This document shows positions 12,374-22,500 of a stretch of DNA of 64,000 nt, one piece after another. Each line of letters starts with the position of its first letter. The stretch's first letter is position 1. Source of the DNA: Camelus ferus (taxonomy: Eukaryota); the NCBI RefSeq assembly GCF_009834535.1, contig NC_045705.1, forward strand, positions 63,674,001 to 63,738,000. Direction: 5' to 3'. The notes beneath the pieces are model-generated. The model was given only the letters and a program-made list of their open reading frames with translations. It was not told the origin of the DNA and did no database searches. Position numbers and translations under genes: made by a program.

Positions 12374-14289
12374 GGCAATCCCTGCAAATTCTGTACATCT
12401 GAGTCAAAGAGAAAGAGAGTTGCTATTGAAGAGAGGGGGATATAAAAGGGGTGTGTTTGCTAACCCCTGTCCTAACAGTGGGTGGAGTAGGCCACAGGCA
12501 CTGCCACCACAGGGCAGCCAACACCCGAGGCGACTCGGTGACTCAGGTCTCGCATGGAGGCCGACTGGCAGGAAAGCACTGGTGGCTTCCCTGTGAGTCA
12601 GGGGAAATGTGGATCTCCCTGAAGAATCACTGGTCAGGGTCCCGCTATAACCAATTCTCCCTTACACCTAGAAAGCTTGCAATCCTAGTGTGGCCCTCAC
12701 TTCCTTTGATGAGCGCCCTAAGCTCACCAGACTGCCTCCCTGGCCTGGCTTCCTTCCACCCCTCCTCCCCTGCCTTGGCAACCCCTCTGCCCTCAACTCC
12801 ATAGCCCTCCCTACCCTCCAACAGCTCCCCTGCCCTGTCATGTCCCCTCGTTTACCCCTTGGCTCTGCCCATCCTCACTATCCACCCCCATCCTGGCAGA
12901 ACCAGCCAGATGATTGCAAAAGGGCTGAGCCAGCGGGAGAGGCCCTCACATGACAGCTGTTCCTGCTGCGGAGGGGAGGGGGCAGCTGGAAGTAGAGGGA
13001 GGCACATTCCATGGGAGATCTGATCAGAAATAGCCCCAAACCCTGAATGACCATCCAGCTCTGGCTGGCTCGGTGGTGGCGCAAGGCCTGCCCATTGTGT
13101 AAAACAAACTAAGGTCAACAGGCTCCCCTTGGGATCCTGAGGAAATCAGGAAAACAAAGAGGGGCGGCTACACAAGGGGAGGGGGCTACAGGAATGAAAC
13201 ACATCCAGGAACATCTAGAGATCCAGGGTCACCATGGATACCTTTGCCATTGAACCAGCCCCACCTAGCCAAGGTATTCTCTGTCTGATGAGAGATTCAA
13301 GTGAATTTAAGGGCTCTCTCCAGGAACTGCCATTATCCCCCACTCCACCCATCCCTTGGGTGCCGAGGCACTGGGACACCCCAGTCATTGCACTGGAGTA
13401 AACCAACAGCCTCTCCTCCGGGAGCCATGCCAGCCTGATTAGAGCAAACAGACAAGAGCAGGTGGCATAGTTTCTCTAACCTTTCAGGAGCGCCAATATT
13501 TTAGCTCCCTAGTGTTAGGGAAAGAATAAAGAGGGTGAGTACCCCAGAATTACATTCAAACCCACAGAGAACCAAAGCAAGTTGGGGGAAGTTACAGTGC
13601 CCTGTAGGTAACACTGATGGGGTGAGCTAGGGAAGCCACAGCCCCCCAGGAAAACCCATCAGATGGGGGGTGGGGGGAAGTTTTGGGTTCTGAGGACAGA
13701 GTGCTGGTTGCCATGAAAACCACAGTATTAATTTCAGAAATGACTGGGTGGAGTCTGCAAAGCACTTCATTCCTCTCCAGTCAACATTCTAGACACTTCC
13801 CCCCCCCCCCCACCGTTCAAAAGGGGAAGTGGCACATTTGGGGCATGTGGGCAGCTGGTGGGATGGGTCTGACCCAGTGTGCAGCTGTCCAGCTCTGGCT
13901 CCGGCTCCACACAGGACATGAAGAAAAGACAATCTAGGTCTTTCTCGGAAGAACGTTGAAGGCTTCTGATTTTTTAATAAGTGACTTAAGCAGAAGCGCC
14001 AACAAAGCTAAAATAAATAGCTGCTTATAACCAGTATCTACTGGTTTATCTCTAAGCTAAACCAAGTCCCCGCCTCCCATTCACACTTCAGCCTCTGTAA
14101 AGATGTTATCAGCAATCGAATGCACCTCTGAGCCCCGGCCCTCTCACCAGTTTCTCATCCTCCCTTTCTGGAGACTCTGAGATTTTTGCCCCGTAAGTGG
14201 ATGAAATAGCCTCCTCCTTCCCCCAACCTACCCCATTGCTCCAAGATCAAGCCTTGTCCTCAGCCCTCGACCACAGCACCCCTTCCCCT

Positions 14290-14720
14290 TCTTCCCCGCG
14301 ACCCCAGCCCCTGCCCGCCCGCGCCGCACGGCGGGCGCGGGGATGCCAGCTCTAGGTGGCTCGCAAGTGGCACGAGCCTCCGCGGCACGTCGGGAAAACT
14401 GCCCAGCTTCGGGAGAGGTCCCCACGGCGCAGGCTCTCACTGGCTGCCTGTGGCGAGCTGGGCGGGGCCGGGAGCGCCCCCGCCCCGCGCCGGGAGGAGC
14501 GGGGAAGGGGGCGGGGCTCCAGCGAGCAGCGCGGGGCCCCAGCCGGATCCTGGAGGGCTCGAGTCCCCAGCCTGTGGCGGTTCGGTGACTCAGGGCTCCC
14601 CAGGGCAGGGCGGGGACCGAACCCGCTCCAGAAGTACTCCCTCTTTCCCCGCCCCACATCTGCCGCTAGAAACTCCGGCTGTTAACCTTTTTCTGCCCAC
14701 CCCACACCCCCGCTCCCCGC
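14290..14720. promoter_or_regulatory. Orphan intergenic CpG island
   Basis: Dense CpG and GC boxes (GGGGCGGGGC) about 7.3 kb upstream of the AHNAK exon 1 and 1.8 kb past the EEF1G poly(A) signal; no coding exon nearby. Confidence 0.8.
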
Positions 14721-15869
14721 TGGGTAGGGGCCCTCCCATCTCACCCCTCTGCCTTTGGAGGGCAACAGCAAGCCTTCCTGAGGCAGCAGCGCTCTCCCCT
14801 TGGGCCTCCCACCCCACCTCCGGTTTGTGGGTCCTGGCCCTCCCCCAAGACCAGGCCTGGCCTCATCCAACCTGGCCACACTCCTCGGCATCAAACCGCC
14901 AGAGCTAGAGGCACAAGAGGCAGGACGTGTGGATGAGTCACTCTTCCTGCAGAGGGAGGCTAGGAGGCGGTCCAGGCCCCCCAGGCCAGACCCCAGTCCA
15001 CATGGGCTGCCAGGCCCGCTGCTGCCCACCCCGCAGGACCACCCTCCTTTTCCTGGGCCTCTCAGGCCTCCCTCTCAAACCTACTTTGCACAGCTTGCTC
15101 TCTCCTGCCTCAATCTTCAGCTACTGGAAAGATTAAGGATACCAGGAAGGGAGCGATTACACAAGCTAAGGAGCAAAAGGCGGGTGAGAAATGGAATCCG
15201 GGAGGGGAGCTTGGCAGATTCTGAGGCCCCAGCAGCCAGCTCAGGGCACACCCATCCAGCACCTAGCATTTTTAAATCAGATCCTATCCAAGAGCAGCCC
15301 AAACGCTCAGAAGCAAGACAGGTAACAAGTTTGGATCCAACTCAAGACACAACCACCAGGGAGCAAACTCTCAGCAAGAAATCAAACCCCCCCCCCAGCT
15401 GGATTTCAAACCACAACTCTCCCCAGCAGTCAAGGTACCAGCTAGATTACAGCCCTGCCCCCTCATGAGCTACCAGCCACCAACCTGTACCTAGGAAGAT
15501 CTTCTTCCTCTCCCTGGCCGAGACCCCACTCACTTTCTGCTTGGACTAAGGGGGTGGGAGAAAATAACCACAGAAAACCATAACCTGGAGACCAAACACA
15601 CACAAGCCTAGCAAACATACTTAGGCTGCGGGTGGGGAATGACTGTTTCTGCATTTGCCTCAAAATGCAAATCAAACTAGGTTTCCAACCTCACTTGAGC
15701 TGTTCAATTTACAGGGAGATCTTCCATGCTCTTCAGAAAAGACAGAGTAGGGGCAAGGATTTCTTAAAAGGGTATAATAAAAATTAAGCTCAAAGGAGAA
15801 AACAGCAACCATTGGCCTGAGTAGGGTTGTTAAATGTCGTTCATGACCGCTCTACATTCCAGGAGCAGC

Positions 15870-16040
15870 AGGGCGTGTTTAGTGTACAGGCTGCAGTGAC
15901 ACCCACTGGGTTCAAAACTCTGCCTCCACCCCCCAAGCTGTACGGTCACAGGCAAGCTACTTACATTCCGAACCCCACTGCCTTGTTAGAAAGTAGGGAC
16001 ACCCCAGGTTAAGGCCCATAGGCCAGTGTGTGTTCTAAGG
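15870..16040 (+). mobile_element. MIR remnant
   Basis: CTGGGTTCAAAACTCTGCCTCCAC...GGTCACAGGCAAGCTACTTAC resembles the MIR 5' half; boundaries approximate. Confidence 0.55.
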
Positions 16041-16328
16041 AGCCTGTGCCTAGTCTTGCTGCTTGTCTGAAGGACTGAAACTCTGACTTGGGTACTGCCG
16101 CTGACCCCCTTCACAGCACAGCTGTGGGAAGTCAAGTTAAGTCGCTCTGCATTGCTGGCTCTCATCTCAGCCCATCAGCAGGTACTTTCTCCCTTCACAG
16201 GGGAGGTCTGGAATCTGGTCCCTAGGGAAGAGGTAGAAGATGGTGACACAGACCTCCTGTCACCATCTCCTATCTGCATCCAATTTTCCCCAGCTAGGCT
16301 AGAAGACAGTCATCACAGTGGAGGTAGG

Positions 16329-16335
<7 letters not shown>

Positions 16336-16362
<27 letters not shown>
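16336..16362. repeat. A27 homopolymer (U-rich on the EEF1G strand)
   Basis: Direct reading; lies about 150 nt downstream of the EEF1G cleavage region. Confidence 0.9.
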
Positions 16363-16531
16363 CTCAAAACCGAGAAGAGGGCTTTCTTTCTGCTCTTCTG
16401 AAGACTTCTCTCCTGCACAGGAAGGCTCTGCAGGTACAGACGATATCCTGCTCCAACACATCTACTCCCCTTTGAAGAAGCCGTCACCCACAAAGGAGGC
16501 TGGACAGGAAAGGGTTCAATGTTCAGTTTCC

Positions 16532-16537
16532 TTTAAT
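16532..16537 (-). terminator. EEF1G: EEF1G poly(A) signal (ATTAAA variant)
   Basis: TTTAAT on the plus strand, about 57 nt after the TGA stop. Confidence 0.75.
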
Positions 16538-16593
16538 GACCCCCATTCTCCCTGAAGGGCAGGTGCAGACAGCTAGGCGATGGCAAGAAATGT

Positions 16594-19500
16594 TCACTTG
16601 AAGATCTTGCCCTGATTGAAGGCTTTGCCCACATGCTGGAAGTCCCCCTCCCAGGAAAAGTATTCTCGAACCAGCGTCTGGGTTTCCTCACTTCCAGGAT
16701 CCAGTTTCCGCCATGTGTACGACTCATAGTCCACCTGCCAATCTGGACTCAGCTGGGGAGAAAAAGCCAGGTAAGAAGCATGTGGTCAGGTTATTGGACA
16801 CTGCCCCACACCTGTTACTTCCAGCTCAGACATTGGTGATCAGATGCCAGGACTCCTGTGAACAGGACAGCTTCTTATGGACACACTCCTTGAACTCTCC
16901 ACAATGCCCATAGGTTCAGGAATCCAAGTGTACTCCCCGTATCCTCACCCACACTAAAGAGACGGATTCCTTCCCTGCACCTTCCTCACCGGAAAAGCAA
17001 GCTCCTGGCCTCGGAAGACCCAGACCCCAGAAATGGAGCTGCTATTGTTGGTTCCAAAGAGAATGACACTGGCAAAGGCATTCTTCCTCAGCTTGTCCAA
17101 TCGCTGGAACATTCCTGAAGAGCAAGGAAGAACATTCAGCCTTTGAAATCAGATCACCCACTACCTAGTTTGTCCTCCCTGCATCTTCCCAGAGCCACCC
17201 TCTTCTCACCAGTGATGAGGTTGCAGCTCATGAAGGTCTGAGTGAGCTCTTCAGGGAAGCGGTACTCGGAGTACCACAGGGACCAGCCATCCTTATCGAA
17301 GTGCTCCCAAAAGTACGGCAGCGCCACAGAGAGCGTGTCCTCGTTGGAGTACTTGCGCTTAAATTCATCCAACACAAAGGTACTGAATGGAGGGGGAAAA
17401 GCCAGGAGATCAAGGTGGAGAAGATCATACTGAGGCAACAAAAGGGTTGCCAGGCTAACAGAAGCTAAGGGCGTTTTTGCTCAAATGTACTGCTTTAAAG
17501 AGTCACTGGACTGGCAGGTATACATCACCGCTGGAGGAAGGAGAGCTGGGGGGTATGAACAGGGGCCCAGGGCATTCCCCACAGCCTAAGTATGTATGCT
17601 AGGCAGTGGAGGGTAGGACCCAGGAGGGCTGGAAGATCTGCCACATGAAAGACATAGTGAGCTGCTGCCCCCTGGTGGAGACACAGTGAGGACTCTTTTT
17701 CCTGGCCGGCCCCTCCTGGGGCTCTTTTCCATGAGTCACACTCAGTTCCTGACTCACCCAAGTTAAGTCTCTGTCCCCATCACAGGGGCCTCTTCAGGTT
17801 ACACACACTACAATATGACAGCAATGTAAGCGGGTGGGCATTTTCAAAGGGCCTCCGCCCCAAATCCTACACCCATGTCCTTTAGTCACTCTGCCCAGAA
17901 GCATGTTCAGATGTTGAAAAACCCTCAGGTTCAGGTTATCTTTGATGCAATCTGGCACACTGAACCAAGACCTCCAGCACCAACATAGGAGAAGCTCCCC
18001 CACCATGGTAGGGGTACTGTTTTTTCTTTCTTTCCAATTATAAAAACACACGCTAATTGAAGAAAATCATTCACAATGCCAGAAAACAAGATAACTAATA
18101 TTTTAGTGTATTTCCCACTGTTGATTATCCAAAGATGATACATATAGTTCTGTGCTTTACCCATTTGCTCATTTAATACTGTGTCTGCCTACCGAGAATG
18201 TTTTGCAAATGGTTTAATGACTACTCTCCTATTGCATGAATGTGCCATAAATCTAATAAATCCCCTTCCTGAATGTTTAATTGATTCAATTATTCATTAA
18301 TATAAATAATGCCAAACCCTAAAGTCAGGCTGTTACCTTCCTTCCCTTTACAGATAAGGTTAAGTGGTGTGACCTGCTTACTGTTACGATGTAGCAGAGA
18401 ACCTACCCATGAATTCTGTCCTAGGTTCCTTCCCAAGTGTACATCAGAAACCTCTCCTGAAGAGATGTGACACCTCAACCACCCAAAGAGTGGGACTGGG
18501 ATTTTTGCTTCACTCCCCTCCTGAACTGTTTGAACTTTATTATTCATGACCATGTGTCCATTTTTAACTCCAAAACCAACCACAGGCTCTAAACAGCTCC
18601 TGAAACAAATGTAGCTGGAAGGCCTTAAAAGAACTACAATTAACTCTGGGCAAGTGATAGTCTTGTCTTTGAAGGCATTACCTTGTGTCATTAAGAATCC
18701 TGGGGAGAATAATCTAGGCAGCCTAGGAGAGCACCACAGTAATGCAACCAGTAATAAACATTCCCAAAACCATATAAAAAATGCAGTTTGTTAAAGATTT
18801 TAAGTTTACTGCCTGATTTATTTGTTGCCCAGAGTATACAGACCTAAAATACATGAAAATCTCTAACTAATAATGAACTTGTCTACGTTACAACAGCATA
18901 TATAATTTGGGTTGGTTATCACAGCTTACTTACACATACCAAAAATCCTGCTCAACGTTGACCCGACCCTGTGCTAGGTTCAAGGTAAATCACTTCAGTT
19001 CAGAAAGAAATACATTTTTAAAGAGCAGTGGCGTTGGGAGCCTCTTGTATGAACTGCCTGGGAGTAAGAGCTCTCAGCTACGCCCCAAGCTGCTCCCAAA
19101 ACAGGGAAGCAGCGTTTCCTAATGGTAACATCCAGTACTGTGATGCTTCGCCATTTACAACTGAGCACACTTATGCCCACCACCAATGCCTGCTCCTTCA
19201 TCCCACATACAAATCACTCCAAAATGGGGAGGTCAAACACTGCTGAACCCCAAGAGACCAACGAATGAAAGGGTGGACAGCATTGGGAAAGGCAGAGTGA
19301 GTGGACAAAAAAAAGTAGAGTGAAGAGAGAAGTGACATGACCATGGAAAAGACATTTCTCATAGTGCTTGAAATTCTAGTAAGGTGACCTGGGGCAGTGA
19401 CTGAAGATAGTAGAGAACTGGGCAAGTACTGGGTGTCCCCCACTTTTTTCACACTAAAATCCTCCCCTTTACTATATGCTTTCTTCCAAGAACCCTCTAC

Positions 19501-22500
19501 AGTGATTGGAAAGAGGAAACAAATGACCACACCATCTATTTCCTTCTCCTTGATGGGTGTAACTCTCCCAGTCTGGGACACGAAGCAGACAGGCACTATG
19601 TAACTACGGTCATCATCCTTTCTCTTAGCAATTCCTATATAGTCTGATGCATCAAAACAACAATCAGAGGATACTGATGTGGTGTCTGCTGCCTCAGCAA
19701 AGCCGGCCCAGCAGCGCAGAAGCAAGATCTTATCAAGCGTGCGCAAGACCAATCAATTCACCATCAATTCACCTCCACACGGAACTCTGGGCCAGTCTGC
19801 TTTCCTTGCTAGAAAGGGAGCTCTGATATTCCCAAATATCGATGCATTTGGAACCTGCTACCCGCTTCCAAAATTTACCCAATTCTTGATGATAAATTCA
19901 GGAAGTTGCTTTATTTACAACTAAAATGCATCTTTCAATTTTGTACGGACAACCTAAAATTCTAGTTAGGCTCTAGCAGTGTGAGGGGGACACACATAGG
20001 TGAGCACAGGCCTTCCTGGGTCCCATGCCCCCTACATTCTGACACCCTTACCTCTTTGGCAGGTGAGCAAAGGGATCCTNNNNNNNNNNNNNNNNNNNNN
20101 NNNNNNNNNNNNNNNNNNNNNNNNNNNNNNNNNNNNNNNNNNNNNNNNNNNNNNNNNNNNNNNNNNNNNNNNNNNNNNNNNNNNNNNNNNNNNNNNNNNN
20201 NNNNNNNNCTTTCCGTGGGGTGTCCTTTTTAGGCTGGCTCTCCGCAAACTTTTTAGCTGGTGCAGAGGAAGGGAGAAAAGTCCATGTCTGGCCTCTTTCC
20301 ATATCCCTTCAAAACCAGGCACCAGCAGGGTAATAGAGAACTGCTGGGTGGGACGACCGAGGGACCCAGACTCCACTGCCCCTGCCACCAGTCAACTTAC
20401 GTCCTTGAGCAAGTACACAAACCTCAGCAACAAATACACAAGCATCATAGTTCTACACGAATGAATGAGACTACGTGTGCGTATAGGACAAGTGTCATAA
20501 AATATTAGTTGCTATATGTGATACCCCACATTCCGTGGGTCCACATAACCCAAAAGCTAGACAGGAAATCAAGGCGTTAAGACTGAGCAAACCAGCCCCT
20601 GACTCTGGCCACATCCTCCTCTACCTCCTCCAACTTACCATCAAATTGAGCCATCTTCTCACAGAGCTTCACCTCCCCCAAGACAGCCCGGAACTGGGGC
20701 TGGTTAATGCAGGTTAGAAACCAGCGGTTGGTGTTGGGGAAGGCCTGGCGGAAAGAAGGTTCCAGGACCTGCCAGGAGGGAAGAGTGGAAACAAAGTCAG
20801 TGGACGAAAAGATCCAGATGAGCTTCCGGCCAGAAACTAGACTCTTGTTTCTTTCTACACCAAAGCTCTAGCGTCCTCTCAGCCCCCAGAAAGCACCTCC
20901 GAGACACCATCTTTCCCCGGAGGGCTACTGCCCATTTACCTTCCAAATCTTTCTTGCAGTCCGGTCCAATGTAACAAATGCCTGGTCCCATCCTCCATTT
21001 ACTATGAATCAACCTGGTAGGAGTATTTATATGGTGCCTAACTACTTTTACAAAGCCACTTCACACCTACAATTTCATGTGTCAATAAAACTTTAAAAGG
21101 TTGGGACCAGCGGAGGGCTATCAACTACTCATTTTGCCAAATAATGAAAATGATCTACACGAACTACATGGTACGTGATATACAGATGTCACCAAATTTC
21201 AGAAAGTAAATATTCAACAGCAATGAAGTTTATTTCAGAATAACGGTCAGCCCTTTAACTTAAATTTAGCTTTGTGAAATATTCATTGACCATTTTTTAG
21301 TTTGCCAAGATCAGAGGGAAAATAATCCTGACACGAGTACACAGCAGTGAGTTCTGTAATGTTGGTTCTACAGCGCGAGGGCTCAAATTCTACTCCACGG
21401 CTTTCAAGCTACATGCTCTTGGACAGGTCACATTTCTCTCACCCACACAACAGGCAGAGACTCACTGAGATGGTCCCTGTGTGGCCCTGGCACAGGCTCT
21501 GCCACGAAGTGGGTGCTTTTCCCTTTGCTGTCATCACATTACTGTTCTGGAGCAGCATTACTCCCAGGGCTGCTGTTTACGAATCAGCAATGTGTCATCT
21601 TCTTTAATCAATAACCTCAACAACGATTATTACTACCCTGGTTTTACAGCTTCCAGAGGGAAAAATCAGGACTAAAGGAATTCACACACACACAGCCCCC
21701 TTCTACCTACAACCGGTAAGTAATGAAGCCAGGAACTAACCCTAGTTCTGCCTCCAAAGATCTACTACCCCTACCTCTGTCTTCACAATTAAGCACAACC
21801 GGGCTTCCGTAGAAATGAGAACAAACTAATCATCTTAGCTTCCAAACAGAAACTAAGGGCAACAGAACAGTATTAAACTTCTCAGAAGGAAGGAAAGCAG
21901 TCATGGCGTAAGCAGATAGGGAAGGGGGTCCTCGAAGGAGAACCAGGCATGACTTTCTTAACGTAAGAGAAGCCATTTTTCAGCCTAAGACATTTTGCGG
22001 GTCTGAAACTGGCTGTAATGCTTGTTCTTTAACAGGTCTTAGTAAGTAATGAACTTAAGGAAACAGAAAAATGCAGGAACGAACTTACCAGGCAAGAGAA
22101 GTAACAACAGCAAAGATAGTAAAGACTAGCCTGAAGCGCTCAGTCACCAGATGGCCTGGAACCTAAGGGATGATCATAATGACGACCTTTCCTGACCCTC
22201 CTGACTTAGATCAGCCAAAGCATGGACTCTGGCATCACCCAAGTCCCACCAGGAGTATGCATGTACCCTCAGCAAAAGGTCCCCAGCTTTGCTGTTGCGT
22301 AAGATCTCCAGTGTTTTCCTTACTTGCTCCAAGTAATACTCTTTTCTGATCTTTGGTTCAGTTGTGTCTTTTGGCTCAACACTCACCATGAGGAGAGTCG
22401 TTTTCAGGTAACAGTAGTACGCAATCCTGGAATTCCCACAAACTAGCTGTTACCTCAGACTCCCTCTCATCAGCCAAATAGAGGGTAACCTGGCAGACTT

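Noticed and set aside
14800-15468. 222-aa plus-strand ORF next to the orphan CpG island
   Set aside because: TTG start, GC-driven, no homology recognised.
17085-17240. Sequence resembling the annotated human mir-3654 hairpin
   Set aside because: As I recall it, that sequence spans the spliced EEF1G exon 8/9 junction; here it is split by a 95-nt intron (17115-17209), so no genomic hairpin exists.
19198-19752. 184-aa minus-strand ORF in EEF1G intron 7
   Set aside because: TTG start, no recognisable domain and no convincing splice-site pair; kept only as a curiosity. A BLASTX/PhyloCSF signal would reopen it.
19500-21540. Isolated C-box-like RTGATGA motifs in EEF1G introns (19611-19617, 21531-21537)
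   Set aside because: No D box (CTGA) at a plausible distance and no terminal stem.
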